A DNA stretch of 64,000 bases from Flaccisagitta enflata (taxonomy: Eukaryota), in assembly GCA_965153355.1 (NCBI GenBank), contig OZ231126.1:3720001-3784000 (forward strand), read 5' to 3'. The notes below the pieces were generated by a model that saw only the letters and a list, made by a program, of their open reading frames with translations, searched no databases and had not been told where the DNA came from. Positions 1 to 22,035 of this stretch are shown in pieces. Every line of letters starts with the position of its first letter. Positions within the stretch are counted from its first letter, which is position 1. The translations under genes were made by a program, and so were the position numbers.

Positions 1-794
1 ACCCCAAGTTTTTGCAGCCCCCCCTACAGCTTATATGGTTCAAATTATTTTCTCACTTCCAGTGGCGGTCGACACCTTGGGTTTGGGTGCTTCACATAGC
101 AAAAGTTGGGAGTATCCCTTCACCCTACTTAAGTTATGTGGAGGAGCAAAAATCATGAAGATGACCTTTTTTTTTTCATAATTCTTTCATCTTCCGTTTT
201 TGTTTTGGCCTTAAAGTTTCCACTGATTTCCCAGAATTCAGCAAAATCCTGTGTAGTTTTGTTACAAAAAAGACAATTATTTGTTTTAAAAAATCATGAT
301 GTATGAAAAAATAAACTAAAATATCAGAACATAAGTTATGAAAGAGCAAATGAAAAGGCAGAATTGCAATTCTATGAAGAGTAGAAAATTATGAAAGCTG
401 ATTCAAATAATGCCAGCATATTTTTTTATCCCACTGTATTATGCAAATTAGGTCCTTAAATGCAATTTTCTATAAAACAGAAGATAAACGATTTTTAATA
501 AAACAAAAATAGTAAGGGTCTTAAAATTAGTCACTCCACATTAGGTAAAGAGGGCAAAAAGAAATAACCAACTTTTGCTATGCGAAGCACCCAAACCTTA
601 GGTGGATACAATTGGCGCCACCGTAGCGATTTTTGAATTTCCATCTAGAACAGCCCTTGATTAAGTTAAATCACCCAAATCTGCCCAATTATGAAAATTA
701 AGGGGTGTTCTAGGTGAAAATACAGAAGTCGTTAAGGTGGCGCCAACTGTATCTACTAAGGTGTAAATGGCCACAATTTTTACATATCTTTTAC

Positions 795-1422
795 CACTGT
801 CCGCCAGAACACGGAATAAGTTGACTTGAAATGATCGTCTATAACTCTGATAGGTTTTGAGTCCTTGTGGTGTGTATAATACAAAGCTAAAAAGAACTAA
901 ATCATTTTTGGGGCGCTTTTTGAAATACATACAAAAATAGTACAAATTTAGTATATTTTTGATTGTAACTCTTTGTGATGATTTATTTTAGTATTTTTGA
1001 TCGCAGATTTGGACTCAGTGGGTAGCTTGCGGTTTGTTTGATATGTCACACTATATACTTTTGAAAAAGAAATAAAAACTTATTTTTTTATAAAATCATT
1101 AAAAATAAATGTATTTTATAGTAATATGATAAAAAAATTAACTTTTTATTTCTTTTCCAAAAATATATAGTGTGACATATCAAACGAACCGCAAAGCACT
1201 CGCTGAATCCGAATCTGCAGTCAAAAATACCAGAAAAGATCACCACAGAGAGTTATAATGAAAAATGTACTAAATTTACACCATTTTTGCATATATTTCA
1301 AAAAGCGCCCCAAAAGTGATTTAGTTTCCTTTAGATCCTGTACACACTACAATGACCCAAAAACTATCAAAGTGAGTGACGATCATTCTACCTCAACTCA
1401 TTCCGTGTTTTGGCTGGTAGTG
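795..1422. mobile_element. Palindromic (foldback) non-autonomous DNA transposon, CAC..GTG ends, Chapaev/CMC-like
   Basis: Starts CACTGTCCGCCAGAACACGGAAT, ends ATTCCGTGTTTTGGCTGGTAGTG; the two halves are reverse complements; TTAC on both flanks (791-794, 1423-1426). Confidence 0.75.
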
Positions 1423-1451
1423 TTACCCATTTAACATTTAACTCCCATCAG

Positions 1452-1668
1452 GTCATTGGCCCGCGGTTCCAACACTCGAAAACTGCGCATGGAATTGGAG
1501 AAGAAAACCGCGGAATTGATCGAAATCGATCAAAGCTTAACGGAAAGAACTCGAGCTCTTGACAGACTCTTGGAAGAAGAGGCTTATCTAAAAGTCAACC
1601 AAGAAGGAACCAAAAAGTCACTAAGGGAAATCCAAGAGGCCATCGTCAAGAACGACACGTCATTTTAA
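1452..1668 (+). CDS. Probable terminal exon of a coiled-coil protein (weakly tektin-like), gene entering from the left
   Basis: CATCAG acceptor ends at 1451; E/K/L-rich heptad-like ORF (ELEKKTAELIEIDQSLTERTRALDRLLEEE...) in otherwise repeat-derived DNA. The family assignment is a weak recollection only. Confidence 0.4.
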
Positions 1669-2077
1669 GTGGCTGAGAAAGCCTCGAGAATCAGACTGCA
1701 CCGTAATTAAGATTTTTTTTTTAGCTGATTCCAACGCTGATCCCTGTTACAATCACCAGTCATCTCCAGCAAATTACTCCAGCTCCCTTCAATCCCCCTC
1801 AGTCCTGCTGCAAATTGCAACATTTAAATTTGTTACAATGTCACCCGGGGTGCCGATTCTGTAAAGCTGCAGCGTAGCAAGAAAATTCTAACCAAGGCTG
1901 CCGCATTTTCTTTACCATTGATATCCCTCTGTTTTCTAGCGAAACTAACCCATTGAAGCTTACTTGATATTTGTTTTACTTATTTACAATGATAAGAACA
2001 GGTTTCACTCCATATTTATCAGGTTTTGATTTCAATTTACATACCACATTAGGCAAAAATGTCTTTCGCTTCATATC

Positions 2078-2695
2078 CACAGTGGGCCTTAATTAGATAT
2101 GGGTTCAAAAAAATCCTCAGCAGTAGTGACTTGTATAAATAGGTATAATTTATAGTGAAGAATTGATATTGACCCTTAAAAAAAAATTTCCCTTAAAAGT
2201 TTTCGCAAAAATCACTAAAATATGTCCATTTTTTTATATATTTATACATAGATCTCAATGATCCATCAATTTTGAAATTCTGATTCCATTTTCATATTCC
2301 TGGTAAAATTTCCAATCATTTGATAGGTCACACTATATACTTTCATGTAAAAATAAAATTTTTGTATTTAAAGCCACCGTTGCATTTTTGTAACGGTGAC
2401 ATAGAAAATGAAAATTTTATTTTTACATGAAAGTATATAGTGTGACCTATCAAACAATTGGAAATTTTACCAGGAATATGAATCTTGAATCAGAATTTCA
2501 AAATTGATAGATCATTGAGATCTATCCAGAAATATATAAGAAAATGGACACATTTTAATGATTTTTGCAAAAACTTTCAAGGGAAATTTTTTTTTAAGGG
2601 TCAATATCGATTTGTCACTATAAAATGTACCTATTTATACTAGTCACTACTGCTGAGGATTTTTTTTGACCCATATCCAATTAAGGCCCACTGTG
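2078..2695. mobile_element. Palindromic MITE, CAC..GTG ends, 4-bp TSD (Chapaev-like)
   Basis: CACAGTGGGCCTTAATT...AATTAAGGCCCACTGTG; near-perfect whole-length palindrome; TATC duplicated at 2074-2077 and 2696-2699. Confidence 0.85.
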
Positions 2696-3387
2696 TATCT
2701 TTCTCTTTCTTATATCCTCATTTCCCCAACATCTGCCGCAACTGCCGCACTTGATGGCTGTCCTGCCGCGTAGCATTGGTACCCTACTACCCTGAATCGG
2801 CACCCCGGAATGTCACAATGACCAATCGCCACCCCCCCCCCCCATCCCCCCATCGCCTTTCCCCTCACCAACAGCAGTGTTTTTACTTACTTGCCAACAT
2901 CGGTCCTCAGCAAAGTTGCATCAAACTCAGATCGACTTCATTACAAATCGTGATTTTGATTTTCATTCTGTGTCTTAATTGCTAATTTGAAATCGTTGGC
3001 AATTCTCTTTTTTGTTATCCATTAAAATTTCTTTTTATATATTTTCAACAAACGTGATTTTATGGCAATTGTCTGATAGAAACAAGCCCAGTCAGACAGA
3101 ATGATCGATAGATCGACGGGAAACAATGATGTGGGCCCTTGGGATAGATATAAGGGATAACAATGCAATGGTTGGGCCTGGGGGGACGAATGGCGTAGGG
3201 CCATGGGAGGATGGGCAGGGATAAAAACAGGAAGGCGAGGAGGGACGAATGAAAAAACGAGAATGAAATGCATGATTGAAGTTTGACAATTTAGTCGAGA
3301 TAAAACCTGCAAAAAAATTGAAAGGGGGGGGGGGAGAAGGATCTTGATTTCTCTTTCCTAAACGAACCCGCGTGCAATGGGTCTCTG

Positions 3388-6300
3388 TCAAAAGCCGTAT
3401 TTGGCCTGCGTTTGTCTCTTCGTTTGGGCGTTGGCAGACCATTGGTTCTTAAGCAGTTGTTCCCGCTCTTTAGCTTGAAAAGCGAGATACGTGATTTGAT
3501 GTTTGCGTTTGGAGACGGTAGAAGGACCCTCGCCTTTCTTCGGTTGAGGACGGTAACCAGATTCGCCAGCGGCGGATAACTCCCGTAGAAGATTCTCCTG
3601 TTGAGTTGTAAAAAGGATTCAGTCACGATAAAAGATCCGGTACATAGATAGGCGTAAAATTAGGTGTCAAATACAGACCGACCATACAACGGACTAACCC
3701 ATCTGGCAGACTTATATCTGGCTTATGACCGACCTATATCTGGCTTATGACCGACCTATATCTGGCTTATGACCGACAAAATACACTCGGCAAACAGACT
3801 CATATGTAATTATCACCGATTGACACACACGCCATCCGGAGCCGGGGAACCGAATGCAATCAGAAAAAAAAAAACAACCCACTTCCCCAAGCAGTCAAAC
3901 CTGTATTTCGCTGGTGCCTCCCAGGGCCGAGTCCGCGTTGACGTCGACGATGTCCAACCCGTCCAATTCTTTGCCTCTGACTTTCTGACTGCCGGCCAAT
4001 TTGGCCAAACTGAGTTGCTCGGATTCTTCCTCGCTCATCGAGCTTGTCAAGGACACATCCTGAATAGGTGACAATTTAGCTTTTAAGTCCAATACCACCA
4101 CAAGCTACTTTGCAATTTAGCTTTTAACTCCAACACCACTTCAAGCAGTAGCTCATGAACATACGGACACCTATTAAGAAGCAACTTTGGAAAGGCCCCG
4201 CTCCGATGTGAACAGATGAATTTTTGACCCAAGATTGGTCCTAATGGTCCTATTTCAAAGAACTATTTTCAACTTCTCAAACGCTACCAAATTAAAATTG
4301 AGGTCAAAATTTGCTCTCTTAGTCTAGGTGCAGCTCGCCTTTCCAAAGTTGATGCTTCCTTCAGCGACAGTATATATTTTGAAGTGACAGTATATCTATG
4401 AGCTAGATAGTAATAGCTTAATATTTGACAGAGCCGAAAAAAATTGTAGAATCGTACACCAGAGGTAACGTAGACACACGTCTGCAAGAGGTCTGTAAGA
4501 CACACGTCTGTAACGGGTGAAGTTCACTTTCGCTTTCTCAATATCTCACGACGTAAATTTAGCAGAATATATGAAAGTTATATCAGAGATCATTCACCTG
4601 AGAATCAGCCATATTATACATTTGAGCGTAACTCATCGACGAAGAGGCGGCGTGGGAGGAGGAGGAGGAAAAGGAGGCGGCTGAAGAGGAAGAAGAAGAA
4701 GAATCCGGAGCAGTTTGACGTTGAGACTGGAAAGGAGATGGAGATATGCCTTTGGTGTTAAACGAAAGCGGGTATTGCTCGGGATCGGGATGAGAGACTT
4801 GAAGTCGTTTAGGGGCCGGAATCGAAGGCAGGTCGACGCGTGGATGAGATGAGTCGGAACCTGGTAAAGGAGGAAGGAGAATGAGTGATAATGTACACTT
4901 GAAATCGAAGGCACGTCGACGCGTGGATGAGATGAGTCGGAACCTGGAAAAGGAGGAAGGAGAATAAGTGATAATGCACACTTGAATCGAAGGCACGTCG
5001 ACGCGTGGATGAGATGAGTCGGAACCTGAAAAAGGAGGAAGGAGAATAAGTGATAATGCACACTTGAATCGAAGGCACGTCGACGCGGGGAAGAGATGAG
5101 TCGGAACCTGGAAAAGGAGGAAGGAGAATAAGTGATAATGCACACTTGAATCGAAGGCACGTCGACGCGTGGATGAGATGAGTCGGAACCTGAAAAAGGA
5201 GGAAGGAGAATAAGTGATAATGCACACTTGAATCGAAGGCACGTCGACGCGTGGATGAGATGAGTCGGAACCTGGAAAAGGAGGAAGGAGAATAAGTGAT
5301 AATGCACACTTGAATCGAAGGCACGTCGACGCGTGGATGAGATGAGTCGGAACCTGAAAAAGGAGGAAGGAGAATAAGTGATAATGCACACTTGAATCGA
5401 AGGCACGTCGACGCGTGGATGAGATGAGTCGGAACCTGGAAAAGGAGGAAGGAGAATAGGTGATAATGCACACTTGAATCGAAGGCACGTCGACGCGTGG
5501 TAAGATGAGTCCGAACCTGGAAAAGGAGGAAGAAGAAATAGTGATTATGTGAGCTTGAAGTTGTTTAGGGGCTGGAGTTGAAGGCACATCGACGCGGGGA
5601 AGAGATGAGTCGGAACCTGGAAAAGGAGGCAGGGGAATGAGTGATAATGTACACTTGAAGTTATCTGTTATCTACTGTTATGATAAAAAATTGAATTGCA
5701 ACTGCTCGAGATCAGTCTTTGGTCTATTTGCTTCACATGTTGCCTTTACCTTTCTCTCTACAGATGTAAAGACTTCTCTGATATTTTCCTGTCCATAAAA
5801 ACTCATTCTCCTCCCCATTTCGAAACCCTTTGTAGATTACCTCCCCCAACCCCCACACAACCCCCGCCGGGGGAGGAAACTCAACATAATACGCCCCCAC
5901 AAATTTTCTTACCAAGTGAAAAGAAGTTGGATTCAGTTTGTTCGGCGGTTGTTTCCGCGGGTCGCTTCCCGGAAGTGGACTTGGATGTTGTTGACGCTTT
6001 TGTGGTTGTTGATGTTGTTGTTGTTGTTGGTTTCTTTGTCAAGATGTGTGGAATCAGCGGACGCTTCTCCATTTTAGTCTCGGAAATGTTTTTGGGTTTC
6101 GGTAAAAGGGCGAAGAGACCGCTGCCTGTTTGGAGGGGAAAGGGGGAGAGGGAGGGAGGGAGGAAGGGAAAGAAAGAAAGAAAGAAAGAAGAAAGACAGA
6201 CAGACAGACAGAAAGAAAGCAAGAAAGAAAGAAAGCAAGAAAGAAAGAAAGCAAGAAAGAAAGAAAGGAGGAAAGAAAGGAAGGAGGAAAGAAAGAAACA

Positions 6301-7351
6301 GAGGAAGGAAGGAAAAAAGGAAAGAGAAAGAAAGAAAGATAGAAAGAAAGAAAGAAAGATAGAAAGAAAGAAAGAAAAAGAACTAAATGGATAAAAAGAG
6401 CGGAAAAACGATGAAAGAAAGAACGAGAAAGAAGGTAGAAATGAGAAAAGAAAGGCAAAGAGAGATAAGGGAAGAAAGGAAGAAAGACCCTAAGCAAAGA
6501 AGGTGAAACAGAAGGAAAGATCAGAGGAAAAGAAAAGTTGGCAAATAAAGATGAGAAACAGGCAAGGAAAAGCAGAGAATTAAAAAAAAGATAAGATTAG
6601 AAACAGACAAGGAAGAGCGGAAAATAAAGCAGAAAGATAGGATTAGAAAAGAAAAGGAAAAGAGGAAAAGAGATGAATGAAGGAAAATTTTGGATAATGA
6701 ATATCAATCATCATCTCCATCATCACTACCAGTGGCGTAGGAGAGCTGGATTTTTTGGGACTTCCACCACCTAACTTGTGTCCGACAGATTTGGTGTCCC
6801 AACAGACAATAACTTACTGTAAAATAGTTATTACTACTATACTCTTGTTTGCTACTATACTCTTGTTTGCAACTATACTCTTGTTTGCTACTATACTCTT
6901 GGATAAGTGGGATGAGGTCCAATCACGCCTAATATAGGATTAAATAATTCAATTTCTCTCTCAACCATTCACATTCTGTGTCTAGATCTTCATTTGTTCT
7001 CTCCCCTATACCCCAGTGTATTTGCCTAAAACTAACATAAGCTCTGAATTTTGATTTCTTCATGAATTGTTCATTAGATTGCTACCATGCAAGAACATTA
7101 ATTGTTCAGTGTGTGTTGGTATGTTTTCCTCTCTCCCTCTCTCTCCCTTTTTTTTCTGAGAAAAAATGTATTAACCTTTGCACTTTTAAGGTGCATGGAA
7201 GGAAATGATCTGTCAATTTCAATCTCTAATGTCACTTTGGCTTTAAATGTCCAGCAATCAGTGTCTGTCTTTTTGTCTGTTTTACCATCTTTTTTTCTTT
7301 TTTCTTTTGTTAAATTTTTGTTTTTTTTTCTGTTTGTCCACTCTGTCTTGT

Positions 7352-7420
<69 letters not shown>

Positions 7421-8006
7421 TTCTTTTTTCTTCTTTTTTCTTTCTTCTTCCTTCTTCTTTCCTTTTCTTCCTTGTCCCAACAACTTTGGTGTCCCGACAA
7501 CTTTGGTGTCCCGACAGCAGGGACTTCCATGGAAGTCCCGGAAGTCCCTTCTCCTACGCCGCTGATCACTACCACCAACCGTTCAAACCACCAAGATCAA
7601 AATCCTACCAGTTTTGGCTTTATTGTTCTTCTCATCCTGAAGTCCGGCATTTGGTGCTTCATCATCATCATGACATTATCATCATGACATTATCATCATG
7701 ACAGTATCATGACATTATCTTCATGACATCATCACATCATCATCATGACATTATCATCATGAAATCATCATCACATCATCATCATGACATCATCATCATC
7801 ATCATCATCACGACATCATCATCATCATCATCATCCAGCGGCGTAGGAGAAGGGACTTCCGGGACTTCCATGGAAGTCCCTGCTGTCGGGACACCAAAGT
7901 TGTCGGGACACCAAAGTTGTCGGGACACCATTGAAGGAAGGAAGAAAGAGAGGAAAGAGAGAGGAAGAAGAAAAAAAAGAAAAGAGAAAAAAAAAGAAAA
8001 AAGAAA

Positions 8007-8074
<68 letters not shown>

Positions 8075-9024
8075 AACAGACAGAGTGACAGACAAACAGG
8101 AAAAGTTAAAAAGCAGGAAAAAAAGATTTAACAAAAGAAAAAAAAGAGAAAAAAGATGGTAAAACAGACAAAAAGACAGACACTGATTGCTGGACATTTA
8201 AAGCCAAAGTGACATTAGAGATTGAAATTGACAGATCATTTCCTTCCATGCACCTTAAAAGTGTTTTTTCTCAGAAAAAAAAGGGAGAGAGAGGGAGAGA
8301 GGAAAACATACCAACACACACTGAACAATAAATGTTCTTGCATGGTAGCAATCTAATGAACAATTCATGAAGAAATCAAAATTCAGAGCTTATGTTAGTT
8401 TTAGGCAAATACACTGGGGTATAGGGGAGAGAACAAATGAAGATCTAGACACAGAATGTGAATGGTTGAGAGAGAAATTGAATTATTTAATCCTATATTA
8501 GGCGTGATTGGACCTCATCCCACTTATCCATGAGTATAGTAGCAAACAAGAGTATAGTTGCAAACAAGAGTATAGTAGCAAACAAGAGTATAGTAGTAAT
8601 AACTATTTTACAGTAAGTTATTGTCTGTTGGGACACCAAATCTGTCGGACACTAGTTAGGTGGTGGAAGTCCCAAAAAATCCAGCTCTCCTACGCCACTG
8701 TCATCATCCTCATCACATCATCATCATCATCATCATGATCATCATCATCCTCATCATCCTACCGGTTTTGGCTTTATCATTCCTCTCGTCCTTCCTGAGT
8801 CCTGCATCTGGCACTTCCTCATCTTCCTCATCGCCTAAATCGCGCAAAGATGGAATGGAAATTTGCACTTTGCCTCCTTTCTTTTTGGACGAGGAGATTT
8901 TTGAAGAGACGCCCGAAGAGTCTTTCAAGGATTTGTTCTGATTAGGGGAGACATTTTTGGACGGATGAATAAATGAATGAATGGATGAATGAATGAATGA
9001 ATGTATGTAAGAAAGAAAGAATGA

Positions 9025-9076
<52 letters not shown>

Positions 9077-10243
9077 ATGAAAGAGAGAAGTGAGAATGAG
9101 AGAGAGAAGAGAGAATGAAAGAGAGAAGAAAGAATGGAAGAAAGAACAAAAGAATGAAAGAAAGAACCAAAAGAATGAAAGAAAGAACAAAAGAATGAAA
9201 GAAAGAACAAAAGAATGATAAAAAGAACCAAAAGAATGAAAGAAAGATCAAAAGAATGAGAGTGAGAATGAAAGAAAGCATGAAAGAAAGAATGAAAGAG
9301 TGAGTGAAAGAAAGAACGAATGAAAGAAAGTGCACGCTACAATGATCATGGATCCTTTCTTAATCAACAATTTTCCTTGAACCTTTTCATTTTCCTATCA
9401 AGGAGCAGCGAGATTATTGTTAATTTGTCTTTAAACAAGCTGTACATCTGACTGACCTTTTCCGCCTCTTTGATCTCCCAATCGCGCGGACGGAGAAAGT
9501 CTTCCAACTCCTCGTCGACTGCGGAAGCGGAAGCGGAATCCGCCTTTGGAGTCGGAAGAATCGATCCCAAGTTGAGAGAGGATGAGGAGGAAGTGGGGTC
9601 GAAGGGTGGAGGAGGAGACGAGGAGGAGGTCGTAGATGAGGCCTCAGTCGCGGATGCGTTGCGGGGTTTAGGAAGCCGTAGAGAAGAGCCTGTATGAGTT
9701 TTTTTCGGAGAGGTTCATGTTGACAGATCTAATAAGCATATGTATTCATGCGGAAAATCAGGTAGCACAATGCACACCGTACGCAATGTCAGTGTCTACG
9801 ACGAAAACAATTTACACACAATCACACACGCCATATAACGAACCTGACAGTCCAATGATATCGCCATCTATCCCAGCCCCATGCCCCGACGACGTTGTGG
9901 GCTGTCGTGTCGAAGAAGAAGAATTCCCGGCTACCCGATGATGATCATCTTCTTCATCGTCCGATATTTGACCACCGAAATTGTCCTCTTCGTCAGAATC
10001 GGAAATTCCACCACCGCCTTCAGTCGCTTTGACACAGTCCAATGACCTCTCAGAATTGTTTGTCACAGCGAGATTGTTTCCATTGGCGTTTGAATTTGCC
10101 GTGGTGGTGGTGGATTGTTTTGCAAGAGGAAGAGCAGCCGCCACGGCGGCGTCGGCGGCTGCAGTTTTCGGCTTTTCCTCCTCTTCATTGTCAGAATCTT
10201 CATCCTCGCTGCTGCTTCCGTAATTGGCGACGAGCAGAGACAT
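3388..10243 (-). CDS. PRCC: Proline-rich mitotic checkpoint control factor (PRCC) homologue, 7 exons, ~550 aa
   Basis: Exons 10243-9844, 9689-9457, 8937-8763, 6125-5913, 4860-4598, 4059-3901, 3597-3388; all GT-AG and phase-consistent (1653 nt). N-terminus MSLLVANYGSSSEDE and C-terminus KRKHQITYLAFQAKEREQLLKNQW...TKRQTQAKYGF* match the PRCC signatures. Confidence 0.92.
4800..5660 (-). repeat. 82-bp tandem array (~10 copies) of the PRCC exon-5 acceptor plus exon start
   Basis: Unit ...ttctccttcctccttttccag|GTTCCGACTCATCTCATCCACGCGTCGAC...; period 82 (4981, 5063, 5145). Confidence 0.95.
6730..7564 (+). mobile_element. hAT-like MITE, copy A
   Basis: TIRs CAGTGGCGTAGGAG / CTCCTACGCCGCTG; 8-bp TSD ATCACTAC (6722-6729, 7565-7572). 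Confidence 0.9.
7836..8700 (-). mobile_element. hAT-like MITE, copy B (inverted relative to copy A)
   Basis: Reverse complement of 6730-7564; 8-bp TSD TCATCATC (7828-7835, 8701-8708), though this lies in a CAT microsatellite. Confidence 0.88.
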
Positions 10244-10662
10244 GATGTATGTAGTTGGTTTTTGAATGAAGCCCCTTTCTTAATTTGATATATATTTAAC
10301 ACCTTTAAATATGTAAGGACGAAAGAAAATTCGAAAACGTATCCATTCATCAATTATCATAGCTCGGCGGAAAAGCAAAATACAGGCTTTATGGTATCTC
10401 CTTATCTCCTTTTCATAGAAGAGTCTGACAAAGGGCGTTGACCACACATGGCACATATTTCCGCCTGGTAAGGGGGGGAGGGAGGGAGAAGCTATTGTCG
10501 AGGGGGGAAGTAGCCCTAAGATCATCAATAAATGGCGGAGTCAGATAAAAATGTGTTTTGACTTAAAAATTTAAAAGGGAAATGTTATACAAAACGACAT
10601 CACAGTCCTTTCAACGCCAAGTGAGAGAGAGAGAGAGACAAATTGCTTTTTCAAGTCGAATT

Positions 10663-21054
<10,392 letters not shown>

Positions 21055-22035
21055 GATGGCCAATGACTGATTGATTGATCAATTGATCAAAAGATGACTC
21101 AAGTCAACTTTGTTAATATAAGAGTTTTTTTTTTGTCTAACTTTTTTAAGCACGAACAACTGCTCCGAGTCAAAGAAAGACTTAGTAAAACATTTGTACG
21201 AGAAAAAACAAACATAATAACAACGAGAATACGGAGCCACTCCTTTTTGTTTTAAAAAGCTTCCGTTAACAACAATACACAAGATGCCATCTTTTTTTAG
21301 AAACGATGAATGCCAAGAGGGTAAACTTGAGGGGAAAGATGTGCGGAGAGGAGGTTACAGGACTTTGTTTTGTGCGCGTATGTATATACGATAAAACAAT
21401 TAATATATACACTGCACTGTAGCCAGTTATGATGGTAGAGATATACAGCGTTGTACGGAAAGCAAGCCTCTGCGCTCTAGTCCCCAAAAGGTATACATAC
21501 GAAAATAGTGAGGAGTTAACTGAGTAATTCCGTTACAGTATGTTAGCACCGACATATCCCAATAAACCGTAGTTTTCTTTCGCTAATGGAAATACATACT
21601 GACGCTGACTACGCTCCCAAGAAAAAGTCTCGAACGCTCGTGACACAGACGGGCAGACGGCCAACGGATCGTCCGTTCTGACAGAGAAAACTTTGCCGAT
21701 AACACGCCACATCCGACACATGTGGCGAGTTGATGATGGAGAATTACGACGCGGCTCATCCATGAAAATTGGAGGAAACGAACGATTTTGCAAGACTCCA
21801 AATCCAAGCACAGATAAAACAACTTAACCAGAGAGAGAAACATTTAACATACGAGTCTCATATCGTTCCTCGCGTCCAAGAACGTGGGTCACAGCTATAT
21901 AGCTCGTTCATACCTGATAATAGAGCTTCAACTTTATATTTTTACCACAATTCACACTTTCATTCAAAATCGAATCTGTGATTCGTTTTTTTCCACTCGC
22001 GTGCAGCCACCCGGGCGCGTGGGTGGTATCAATCA

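Noticed and set aside
4583-5587. 334-aa, 257-aa and 220-aa ORFs
   Set aside because: Translations of the 82-bp array; only 4860-4598 fits the PRCC exon chain.
4800-5660. CRISPR-like regular repeat
   Set aside because: No unique spacers, no cas genes, eukaryotic intron context; the same applies to the other arrays.
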